Source of the DNA: Melioribacteraceae bacterium
Lineage (GTDB): Bacteria > Bacteroidota > Ignavibacteria > Ignavibacteriales > Melioribacteraceae
Length of the DNA stretch: 64,000 nucleotides
Direction: 5' to 3'
Assembly (NCBI GenBank): GCA_026983955.1
Contig: JALSTB010000013.1
Coordinates: 17,720-81,719, forward strand
Made by a program: the position numbers and the translations under genes
The notes under the pieces: generated by a model
The model's database searches: none
The model's input: only the letters and a program-made list of their open reading frames with translations
Told to the model about the DNA's origin: nothing
Part shown: positions 44,281 through 52,995 of the stretch, in pieces
Numbering within the stretch: the stretch's first letter is position 1
Layout of the letters: the number at the start of each line of letters is the position of its first letter

Positions 44281-45419
44281 AAAAGCTAAGGACATTTATA
44301 ATTTTTATTGCCGTTCTATCGGTTGCGGTTTCTTGCAGTAAACCTTTAATGTTTAAAAATAAAATATTCATGAATTTCAATGCCTATTCCTTCGGCAGAT
44401 TTTCGCAAAGAATATTTTTCATACCGAGAACTCTTAACGATTCACTCGAGTTAAGTTGGTCGGCTGAAACCCACGGCAGCTATTCAAATACTTCTTTTAT
44501 TGCGTCCGACAGTGTTTTATATGTTGGGGATTTGTCCGGTAGAATAACCGCTTTTAACTTGTTTAACGGAAAAGAAATAGGTGTAATTAAAAACAAAGGC
44601 GAAATAAAAATCGCTCCGGTTGTAAAAGGGAAAACAATAATATTCGTTCTTAACGAATTGAAAGAAGGAATTTTTACAATTCATTTTTATGATTTACGGA
44701 CCGGTAAGGAAACCGTTAAAGAATTCCCCGGTAGCTGTGGAAATGAAATGTTGGTTTATAATAAAAAACTTTATGTATTGACCGATAACGGTGTTCTTCA
44801 CCAATTCGGTTTCGACGGTAAAAAAAATTGGGAGGTTAACACAAATATATTTACCGCTTGTTCACCGGCAGGTCAACAAAATGCCATTTGGTGGGGAAAC
44901 GGCGAAGGTGAAATTATCGGTGTGAATAAGAAAGGGGAAATAATCTACAGGGCAAAACATGCTTCCGGTTTCGAAGGAGGTATCTCGGTAAGGGATGTTT
45001 ATTTGTTTGCGTCCACTGAAAACGGTACGGTTATTAAGTTCGATTTGGTAAAAAAGCAAATTGCTTGGCGGTTCGAAACGAACGGAAAAATCAAAAACTT
45101 CATTGTGTTTAACGATAAAAAATTATTCGCCGGAAATTTAAACGGCACCGTGTATTGCTTGAATATTAATGACGGAAAACCCGTTTGGAAAACGGAGACC
45201 GGCGGGCTAATAAATTCCACACCGCTCTTGTTCAGAAATTTACTTGTTCAACCGGATCTTTTCAAAAAAGTGGATTTGATAACCGTTGATGACGGTAAAA
45301 TAGTTAAAACTATTAAATTTGAAAATAGAGTTAAAACCAGTCCGGTTTACACGGGCAATATGATTTTTTTCGGAACGGACTACGGTGAAATTTTTGCTTA
45401 CAAAATTTCGACAAAATGA
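44268..45419 (+). CDS. PQQ-like beta-propeller lipoprotein (BamB-like)
   Basis: 383 aa with the lipobox-like sequence LSVAVSC. It has repeated motifs of PQQ/BamB-type propellers (GKPVWKTETGGLINSTPL, LYVGDLSGRITAFN). The start is GTG at 44268 or TTG at 44274, overlapping the upstream gene. Confidence 0.8.
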   Translation: MGFLKKLRTFIIFIAVLSVAVSCSKPLMFKNKIFMNFNAYSFGRFSQRIFFIPRTLNDSLELSWSAETHGSYSNTSFIASDSVLYVGDLSGRITAFNLFNGKEIGVIKNKGEIKIAPVVKGKTIIFVLNELKEGIFTIHFYDLRTGKETVKEFPGSCGNEMLVYNKKLYVLTDNGVLHQFGFDGKKNWEVNTNIFTACSPAGQQNAIWWGNGEGEIIGVNKKGEIIYRAKHASGFEGGISVRDVYLFASTENGTVIKFDLVKKQIAWRFETNGKIKNFIVFNDKKLFAGNLNGTVYCLNINDGKPVWKTETGGLINSTPLLFRNLLVQPDLFKKVDLITVDDGKIVKTIKFENRVKTSPVYTGNMIFFGTDYGEIFAYKISTK

Positions 45420-46126
45420 AACCGGTATTTAATTTCATATTGATTTTTTTGATTACAATTCCGGCTTTTGCCGGAGACGGGAAAACAGGTTTAACAATTA
45501 AAACCAACCGGGATGCCGTAATTATTTTCGATGGGAAAGTATTTTGCGGGAAAAAACTTTTTGTCAATGTTGAAAAGGGAATTCACATAGTTAAAATTAA
45601 AAACAACTTGCGCTTGTGGGATTTCGATACCATTATCGATACGTTGAAAATAGATGGTAGTGTGAATGAAATAAATAAAGAATATTTTTTATCCGTGCCG
45701 GTTTTTCTTCAAACCGTTCCCGATGATGCCCTTGTATTTGCCGGTCGGAAGCCAATCGGTTATACGCCTCTGTATCTTCCCGGTGGTTTACGGAAAGTTA
45801 AATTAATTAAAAACAATTTTGAAAAGACAATCCGTTTGAACAAAAAGAAAATATTTTTGAATTTGGGAATTCCGGTGAATAAAGTTGAAGAAACAAATTT
45901 CACCGATGATGTTTGGTTCAAAGTATTGCTAGGCGGAATTGTAGGGTTCGGCGCAACTTCGGCATATTTTAAATTAAAAGCGGATGAGTATTACGACCGT
46001 TATTTGAAAACAAAGGACGAAACATTTTTGAATAAAACCAACAATTACGATTTAATAAGTGGAATAGCATTGGGTGTACTTCAAATAAACTTCGGAATTT
46101 TAATTTATCATTTCCTCATCGAATAA
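45416..46126 (+). CDS. PEGA-domain protein with C-terminal TM segments
   Basis: 236 aa with a signal peptide. The PEGA-like segment is ALVFAGRKPIGYTPLYLPGGLRKVKLIKNNFE. It shows an ATGA overlap with the upstream gene. Confidence 0.7.
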   Translation: MKPVFNFILIFLITIPAFAGDGKTGLTIKTNRDAVIIFDGKVFCGKKLFVNVEKGIHIVKIKNNLRLWDFDTIIDTLKIDGSVNEINKEYFLSVPVFLQTVPDDALVFAGRKPIGYTPLYLPGGLRKVKLIKNNFEKTIRLNKKKIFLNLGIPVNKVEETNFTDDVWFKVLLGGIVGFGATSAYFKLKADEYYDRYLKTKDETFLNKTNNYDLISGIALGVLQINFGILIYHFLIE

Positions 46127-46127
46127 G

Positions 46128-48902
46128 TTAATGTGCCTCTAGCCAATTGCCGCCAATTCCGGTATCAACAACAACCGGTACGGAAAGTGGCAGAGCCGTT
46201 TCCATTAAATTTTTAATTACCGGCATCAACAATTCCAATTCGTCTTTGTACGCATCGAAAAGAAGTTCGTCGTGCACTTGCAAAACCATACGGGTTTTGG
46301 CTTTTCTTTTCTCCAACTCTTTATGAATTTTAATCATCGCAAGTTTAATCATATCGGCTGCAGTACCTTGGATAGGCATATTAACGGCTACCCGTTCCTC
46401 AAATTGACGCACGGTGTAATTTTTACTGTTTATGTTTTTCAAATATCTTCTTCTTCCAAGAATGGTTTCGGCATAACCGAGAGCCTTAGCTTTCGCAATA
46501 CTTTCGTCGATGAAATTTTTCACACTCTTGAATGTACGGAAATAAGTATCAATAATTTCTTTTGCATGCGTTTGCGAAATTCCGAGTCTGCTTTTTAATC
46601 CGAAAGGACCTAAACCGTATAAAATTCCGAAATTAACCTCTTTTGCTTTCCGGCGCATATCGTCTGTAACTTCTTCGGGAGAAACCATAAACACTTTTGC
46701 CGCCGTGCTGCGGTGAATGTCTTCACCGTTACGGAAAGCCTCAATTAGCGATTCATCTTTTGAAAGATGTGCCAATATTCTCAATTCTATTTGACTGTAA
46801 TCTGCACTGAGAATAACGTAATTTTCATCAGTCGGCACAAATGCTTTTCTGATTTCCTTGCCCATTTCACTACGGATTGGAATATTCTGCAAATTCGGAT
46901 CGATGCTCGAAAGTCTTCCGGTTGAAGCAATGGTTTGATTAAACGTGGTATGAATTCTGTTTGTTTCCGGATCGGCAAGTTTCGGCAGCGCATCGGTATA
47001 AGTCGATTTCAATTTGCTGACCGTCCGGTAATTCAAAAGGTAATCGATAATGTCATGCTCTCCCCGCATTGCTTCCAACGTGCGTGCATCGGTTGAAAAT
47101 CCCGTTTTTGTTTTTCTTACTGGTTGCAATTTCAGCTTTTCAAACAGAATGTACTGAAGTTGTTTGGTTGAATTAATATTGAATTGTTCGCCGGCAAGAT
47201 TAAAAATCCGTTCCGCATAACTGTCCATTAGCGTTTGCAGTTCTTTACTAAGCTCCCGTAGAAATTCTGGGTCTATCTTTATTCCGGTCCGTTCCATATT
47301 TTCAAGAACTTCCACAAGAGGGAATTCCACATCGTAAGCCACTTTGCGAAGTTTGTGTTTGGTTAACTCTTCATCCAGAATATGATAAAGACGGTAAGTG
47401 ATATCCGCATCCTCACATGAGTAGTCGGAAAGTTGTTTTACATCAACTTCAAATATTTTAATTGCATCTTTTTTCTTCCCGATTAAATTTGTGAGAGGAA
47501 TGGGCGAGTAGTTCAAGTATTTTTTTGAGAGTGCATCCATGTTATGTTTTTGGTCCGGATCGAGCACATAACTGGCAAGCATCGTATCGAAGTAAAAATT
47601 CTTAACATCCATTCCGTTTGTTCTCAATACGGCAATGTCGAATTTTCCGTTTTGACAAATCTTTTTGATTTTTTTGTTTTTGAATACCGGTGAAAATATT
47701 TTCACGAAATCTTCCAACGGCAACCGGTCGTTTACCTCTTGCGAGAAAAATCCGGCACCGGTAGTTTCGGGATTAACGGCAACAAAATATCCCGTCGATG
47801 GTTTCAAGCTGAAGGCAACGCCTGCAAGATTGGCTTTAAGAGGATTAAGCGAATCGGTTTCCGTATCGAAAACGAACTCTTTGCATTCTTTAAGTTTGGC
47901 AGCCAGTTCCTTCGCTTTTCCAGCCGTTACAATTAATTCGTACTTCACTTTCGATTTATCGAAAACCGTATTTTCCTTATCAACTGTATGTTCGCTGCCG
48001 TCACCGGAAATTTCCATGTTGAAAATTTTATAAACGCGCGGGAGTAATTTTTTGAAATCCAACTCGTTGAAAATTTCTTTAATTTTATCGAAATCCGGTT
48101 TACGTAATTTGGCTTCTTCCAAATTTATTTCCAGAGGAACGTCGGTATGAATGGTGGCAAGTTCTTTCGAGAGGAAAGCGTTCTCTTTGTTTTCCAACAA
48201 TTTTTTCTTGATGCTTTCCCTCTCTATTTCATCAAGGTTTTCATACAGATTTTCCACGGAACCGAATTTTTGGATAAGCGGAGTGGCAGTTTTAGGTCCT
48301 ATTCCCGCAACACCGGGTATGTCATCGGAGCTGTCACCGACCAAAGCCAAAAAATCAATCATTTGTTCCGGTTCAAATCCGTAATTTTTCAATACGGCAT
48401 CTCTGTCGATTATCATCAAATTGTCTGCGGTTTTACCGGGCTTAATAATTTTAACATGATCGTTTACTATTTGAACGAAATCTTTATCCGGTGTAATTGC
48501 AAAAGATTCCAACCCCATTTTCGCAGCTTTTTTTACAGCGGTTCCAATTATATCGTCGGCTTCGTACTTCGGTAAAATATAAGTTTTGATATTAAAAGCA
48601 TCAACAATTTGTTTAATACGTTCAATTTGCGGAATCATGTCTTCGGGCATTTCGGCTCTGCTCGATTTATAATTTTCGTATCGGTCGTGCCGGAATGTTT
48701 TTTCTTTCGAATCGAACGCAACAGCAATGTAATCGGGTTGTGTATCTTCTATTATTTTTAAAAGTTGAACAACAAAACCGTAAACTGCTGAAGTCGGCTC
48801 TCCCTTGGTTGAATGAAGCGGGCGTGATATAAAAGCGTAATATGCTTTATATGCAAGCGACATTGCATCAATTATAACAAATTTACCTTTCTTTTTCGTC
48901 AT
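46128..48902 (-). CDS. polA: DNA polymerase I
   Basis: The 5' nuclease N-terminus is FVIIDAMSLAYKAYYAF. It has a 3'-5' exo region, polymerase motif B (RRKAKEVNFGILYG) and motif C (LQVHDELLFD). I chose the ATG at 48902, preceded by AAGG. The ORF track extends to a TTG at 48932. Confidence 0.95.
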   Translation of the reverse strand: MTKKKGKFVIIDAMSLAYKAYYAFISRPLHSTKGEPTSAVYGFVVQLLKIIEDTQPDYIAVAFDSKEKTFRHDRYENYKSSRAEMPEDMIPQIERIKQIVDAFNIKTYILPKYEADDIIGTAVKKAAKMGLESFAITPDKDFVQIVNDHVKIIKPGKTADNLMIIDRDAVLKNYGFEPEQMIDFLALVGDSSDDIPGVAGIGPKTATPLIQKFGSVENLYENLDEIERESIKKKLLENKENAFLSKELATIHTDVPLEINLEEAKLRKPDFDKIKEIFNELDFKKLLPRVYKIFNMEISGDGSEHTVDKENTVFDKSKVKYELIVTAGKAKELAAKLKECKEFVFDTETDSLNPLKANLAGVAFSLKPSTGYFVAVNPETTGAGFFSQEVNDRLPLEDFVKIFSPVFKNKKIKKICQNGKFDIAVLRTNGMDVKNFYFDTMLASYVLDPDQKHNMDALSKKYLNYSPIPLTNLIGKKKDAIKIFEVDVKQLSDYSCEDADITYRLYHILDEELTKHKLRKVAYDVEFPLVEVLENMERTGIKIDPEFLRELSKELQTLMDSYAERIFNLAGEQFNINSTKQLQYILFEKLKLQPVRKTKTGFSTDARTLEAMRGEHDIIDYLLNYRTVSKLKSTYTDALPKLADPETNRIHTTFNQTIASTGRLSSIDPNLQNIPIRSEMGKEIRKAFVPTDENYVILSADYSQIELRILAHLSKDESLIEAFRNGEDIHRSTAAKVFMVSPEEVTDDMRRKAKEVNFGILYGLGPFGLKSRLGISQTHAKEIIDTYFRTFKSVKNFIDESIAKAKALGYAETILGRRRYLKNINSKNYTVRQFEERVAVNMPIQGTAADMIKLAMIKIHKELEKRKAKTRMVLQVHDELLFDAYKDELELLMPVIKNLMETALPLSVPVVVDTGIGGNWLEAH

Positions 48903-48990
48903 TTTATTACCTTTGTAAAATAGAATTTTCAAAAATAAGATTTACACACGAAAATAAATATTGTTTAACCAAATAACCAACAGAACGGAT

Positions 48991-50013
48991 ATGAAAATAT
49001 ACAAATTTGTTTTTCTATTGTTATTTATTCTTAACACCGCTTGCGCAAATCAAAATTCTTCAAAAACACTTTTTGTTGCAAACTGGAATGTGGAAAATCT
49101 TTTCGATACGGTTGACGATCCGGGAAAAGCTGATGAAGAATTTCTGCCCGGTAGCCCGAGAAGGTGGACGGAAAACAGATTGGAAGTGAAACTTAATCAT
49201 CTGGCAAAAGTAATAAAATTCATGAACGATTTTGAAGGTCCGGATATTTTAGGTTTGGAAGAAGTGGAACATAAATCTTTATTGAACAGACTTATCAATT
49301 CTTACTTGAATGAAAAAAATTATCAAGCAGTTGAATTTGAGTCGCCCGACAAAAGGGGAATCGATTGTGCTTTGATTTACAATGCACGTAAATTAAAATT
49401 AATTGCATCGGAGCCGGTAAAAATCGATTTGCCGGGCGGCAAAACAACACGGGATATTTTGCATGCCGAATTTTTGCTTAACGGTAAAATCAAACTGCAT
49501 GTTTTTGTAAATCACTGGCCCTCGCGAAGGGAAGGCTTGAAAAAAACCGAACCGAAAAGAATTGCAGCCGCAACGGTTCTGAAAAAAAATATTGAAAAAA
49601 TATTAAGTGCAAATAAAAATTCTAAAATATTCATACTCGGCGATTTCAACGATCTTCCCTCAAATATTTCAATAAGTAAAGTTCTTGGAGCCAAACCTTT
49701 TTATTGTAAAAATGAATCCGCAACAACGGACACCGGACTGTACAATCTTTCGTATGAACTTTTTCAACAAGGAAAAGGAACGTATAAATACAAAACTCAT
49801 TGGAATATGTTGGATCAAATAATAGTAAGCGGAAGTATAATTAAAAACGGGGAAATACGGTATGAATGTAATTCGTTTCAAATAATAAAACCAGTATATA
49901 TGATAACAAAATCGTCAAGGCACAAAGGCAAACCCAAACCGACTTACGGCGGAAGAAAATATTTAGGTGGTTTCGCCGATCATTTTCCCGTTGGTGCAAA
50001 ATTTATTTTCTAA
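48991..50013 (+). CDS. Secreted endonuclease/exonuclease/phosphatase (EEP) family protein
   Basis: The start is at MKIYKFVFLLLFILNTACA. EEP motifs are present: FVANWNVENLF, LGLEEVE, FILGDFND, SDHFPV-like ADHFPV. Confidence 0.85.
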   Translation: MKIYKFVFLLLFILNTACANQNSSKTLFVANWNVENLFDTVDDPGKADEEFLPGSPRRWTENRLEVKLNHLAKVIKFMNDFEGPDILGLEEVEHKSLLNRLINSYLNEKNYQAVEFESPDKRGIDCALIYNARKLKLIASEPVKIDLPGGKTTRDILHAEFLLNGKIKLHVFVNHWPSRREGLKKTEPKRIAAATVLKKNIEKILSANKNSKIFILGDFNDLPSNISISKVLGAKPFYCKNESATTDTGLYNLSYELFQQGKGTYKYKTHWNMLDQIIVSGSIIKNGEIRYECNSFQIIKPVYMITKSSRHKGKPKPTYGGRKYLGGFADHFPVGAKFIF

Positions 50014-50216
50014 CAAATATATACTTTTTTATTTTAGAAGAATTTTCGTATTTTAGCAACCAATCAGATTTGATTACGCCTTAAGCAAAAATGCCCGGGC
50101 AGAATAATTAAATTTACTTATTGACTTTTTTTTATTAAATCCTTAATCTTACTCAGTTTATTTTTACGATTAAAGGAAACAATTAATTACAATAAATTCA
50201 TCGGAGGATATTTCAA

Positions 50217-50912
50217 ATGCAATTATTAGCAATTCTGGGATTTATTTATGAAGTTATTGCTCAAGTAGAATCTAACAGCGGAGGAGCATTAAGTTACTTG
50301 CAGGAAAAATTTGTTCAAGGCGGCGGGTTCATGTGGCCTATTCTTTTCTGTTTGATTTTGGGTCTTGCTTTCTCTATTGAAAGATTCTGGACATTATCAA
50401 GAGCAAGTGTAAATACAAAAAAGTTCATCGTTCAAGTTAAAGATGCACTTAAAAACGGTGGTATTCCGGAAGCAATTAAATTATGCGAAAACTCGAGAGG
50501 TTCCATCGCTTCCGTATTCCATGCCGGACTTTTGAGAGCCGATGAAGGTATCGAAGCGGCGGAAAAAGCCATTATGGCTTACGGGGCAATCGAAATGAGT
50601 TTCTTGGAAAGAGGACTTGTTTGGATTTCCTTGTTTATCAGCTTGGCACCGATGCTCGGATTTACCGGAACGGTTCAAGGTATGATTGTTGCCTTCGAAG
50701 ATATTGCCTCGGCTAACCAAATGTCGCCCGCTATTGTTGCAAACGGTATTTCAATAGCGATGTTAACCACGTTGTTCGGTCTAATCGTTGCTATGATTCT
50801 TCAATTCTTTTACAATTATTTTGTTGCCAAAATCGATAAACTTGTTGGCGATATGGAAGAAAGCTCGATTGAACTTATCGATACTTTGTATGAATTGCAA
50901 AAAAACAAATAA
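50217..50912 (+). CDS. exbB: MotA/TolQ/ExbB proton-channel family protein
   Basis: 231 aa with a GGAGG RBS. The conserved C-terminal channel region is LAPMLGFTGTVQGMI...ISIAMLTTLFGLIVA. Confidence 0.9.
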   Translation: MQLLAILGFIYEVIAQVESNSGGALSYLQEKFVQGGGFMWPILFCLILGLAFSIERFWTLSRASVNTKKFIVQVKDALKNGGIPEAIKLCENSRGSIASVFHAGLLRADEGIEAAEKAIMAYGAIEMSFLERGLVWISLFISLAPMLGFTGTVQGMIVAFEDIASANQMSPAIVANGISIAMLTTLFGLIVAMILQFFYNYFVAKIDKLVGDMEESSIELIDTLYELQKNK

Positions 50913-50938
50913 TTTATTAAAAGTCACGAGTTGGTAAC

Positions 50939-51478
50939 ATGATACATTTAAAAAGAAGAAAAAGAGAAGGTGCAGGCGAATTTTCAACGGCTTCAATGGC
51001 AGATATCACTTTTTTGCTGTTGCTGTTCTTCCTTGTATCGACCGTTATTGACGTTGATACGGGTATCGGTCTTACCTTGCCGGAATATATTCCGCCGGAA
51101 GAACAAGAACTTGCACCTCTTTCAAAAGATAGATTGGCAGCCTTGCTCATCAATGAAAACGGGGATGTTTTGCTTAACGGTGAAATAATCGCTATTCCTC
51201 AAATTCAAGACAATTTGATTGAGAGAATTAAGAGCAAGATTGATTTGCCGAAAAACAAAAAGCTTGTTGTTTCGATTAAAACGGATAGAAAAACGAATTA
51301 TAATCTTTATATACAAGCTCTCGATGAGGTGAAAAGCGCTTATTTCAAAGTCCGCGAAGAATATGCCCTCAGCCATTGGGGGAAAAAGGTTAAAGATTTA
51401 ACGGATGATCAAATTAAAGAACTGCGTGAAAAAATTCCTATTATAATTTCTATTGCCGAACCTGAGCAAGTAAAATAG
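50939..51478 (+). CDS. exbD: ExbD/TolR-family biopolymer transport protein
   Basis: 179 aa with an N-terminal TM helix and the ExbD signature SMADITFLLLLFFLV. A periplasmic domain follows. Confidence 0.85.
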   Translation: MIHLKRRKREGAGEFSTASMADITFLLLLFFLVSTVIDVDTGIGLTLPEYIPPEEQELAPLSKDRLAALLINENGDVLLNGEIIAIPQIQDNLIERIKSKIDLPKNKKLVVSIKTDRKTNYNLYIQALDEVKSAYFKVREEYALSHWGKKVKDLTDDQIKELREKIPIIISIAEPEQVK

Positions 51479-51493
51479 TTATTTGAGGTATTA

Positions 51494-51907
51494 ATGAAAT
51501 TTCAAAAGAAAAGAGCAGCTACTAAACAAGGTATTCCGACTTCTTCAATGCCGGATATCATCTTTATGCTATTGTTGTTTTTCATGGTTGCTACCACCCT
51601 GAGGGAACAGGAAGTATATGTTTCTTTTACTTTGCCCGAAGCGAAAGCAATCGAAAAAATCGAGAACAAAAGATTGATATCCTACATTTATGTCGGTAAA
51701 AACGGTAGAATTCAAATTGACGACGCTATCGTTCAATTGAAAGATATTCAAGATATTATGTATAAGAAAAGAGTTGCCTTACCCAATGTGATCGTTTCAC
51801 TAAGAATTGACAAGAATACTAATATGGGTTTGGTTACCGATATTCAGCAAGCGTTGAGAAAAGCGGATGCCAGAAGAATAAATTATTCAGCCAGAATGAA
51901 AGAATAA
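51494..51907 (+). CDS. exbD: ExbD/TolR-family biopolymer transport protein (second copy)
   Basis: 137 aa with the signature SSMPDIIFMLLLFFMV. Confidence 0.85.
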   Translation: MKFQKKRAATKQGIPTSSMPDIIFMLLLFFMVATTLREQEVYVSFTLPEAKAIEKIENKRLISYIYVGKNGRIQIDDAIVQLKDIQDIMYKKRVALPNVIVSLRIDKNTNMGLVTDIQQALRKADARRINYSARMKE

Positions 51908-51928
51908 TAACTTATTTGGAATAATTTC

Positions 51929-51964
51929 AAGCAGGTTATTATTTTTAGTAACCTGCTTTTTTTA
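51929..51964 (+). terminator. Rho-independent terminator after the exbB-exbD-exbD operon
   Basis: AAGCAGGTTA-ttatttttag-TAACCTGCTT, a perfect 10-bp stem that runs into a T-tract (TTTTTTT). Confidence 0.8.
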
Positions 51965-51982
51965 TTTATGCGAGGATAAAAA

Positions 51983-52429
51983 ATGAATTTGAAAGAGAAA
52001 ATAAACGAGGATTTAAAATCCGCATTAAAAGAAAAGGATAAGGTTAAACTCGAAACCATCCGTTCGATAAGAGCTTTAATTCTTGAATTTGAAAAAAGCG
52101 GAAAAGACAAAGAATTGAAACCTGAAGATGAAATAAACTTACTCTCCACCGCCGCCAAAAAACGTAAAGAAGCAATTGAGCAATACAAAAACGCCGGAAG
52201 GGAAGACCTTGCCGCAAAGGAAGAAGCGGAACTGAAAATAATTCAGACTTATCTTCCCGAGCAATTATCCGTGGAAGAACTTGAGGAAAAAATAAAAGAA
52301 CTTGCATCGGAAATAGGAGCGAAAGATAAATCCGATTTTCCAAAATTAATGCCTCAAGCAATTAAAAAATTTAAAGGGCAAGCCGACGGAAAAACAATTA
52401 AAGAAATTGTGGAGAAGGTTTTGTCATAA
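51983..52429 (+). CDS. GatB/YqeY-domain protein
   Basis: 148 aa. MNLKEKINEDLKSALKEKDKVKLETIRSIRA is typical of the YqeY family. Confidence 0.85.
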   Translation: MNLKEKINEDLKSALKEKDKVKLETIRSIRALILEFEKSGKDKELKPEDEINLLSTAAKKRKEAIEQYKNAGREDLAAKEEAELKIIQTYLPEQLSVEELEEKIKELASEIGAKDKSDFPKLMPQAIKKFKGQADGKTIKEIVEKVLS

Positions 52430-52989
52430 TGAATTATATTGATTATACATTACTCGGCGTTTTATTAACCGGATTCATTTTAGGATACAAAGACGGAATC
52501 GTAAGAAAAATTATTGGGGTGGCGGGTTTTGTTATAGGAATTTATCTCGCCGTTAAACTTTCCGGACCCGCCAGCGTGTTTTTGACCCCGGTTTTTAACA
52601 ACGAACAATATCTTGCTCAAATTATCGGCGGTTTGATAATTTTCCTCGGAATAATTTTGCTGTCTTCGGTACTTAAAAGAATTTTACATCCTGCAGACAA
52701 GGTAAATAATTTCATAAACCAGTTAATCGGCGGAATTGCCGGAGCTCTGCAAATACTAATCTTTGCCAGTTTATTTCTGCTTTTTTTGAATGTTTTTGAA
52801 TTTCCCTCCGAAAAAGATAGAAAAGAATCGGTTCTTTATTCAAGTGTTTATTCCGTTGTTCCTTCTATAATCGATTTTATCTTAGGCAAAGGTGTCGATG
52901 CCAACAGTTTCATTAACGATTATATTGAAAGTGCCGGCAGTTCAGATTCTCTGAAGTCCGTCGATTCAACAAAAACTCCGGCCGAATAA
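52429..52989 (+). CDS. cvpA: CvpA-family membrane protein
   Basis: 186 aa. The N-terminus IDYTLLGVLLTGFILGYKDGIVRKIIGVAGFVIGIYLA is typical of CvpA. It has 4 TM segments. Confidence 0.8.
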   Translation: MNYIDYTLLGVLLTGFILGYKDGIVRKIIGVAGFVIGIYLAVKLSGPASVFLTPVFNNEQYLAQIIGGLIIFLGIILLSSVLKRILHPADKVNNFINQLIGGIAGALQILIFASLFLLFLNVFEFPSEKDRKESVLYSSVYSVVPSIIDFILGKGVDANSFINDYIESAGSSDSLKSVDSTKTPAE

Positions 52990-52995
52990 TCCGAT

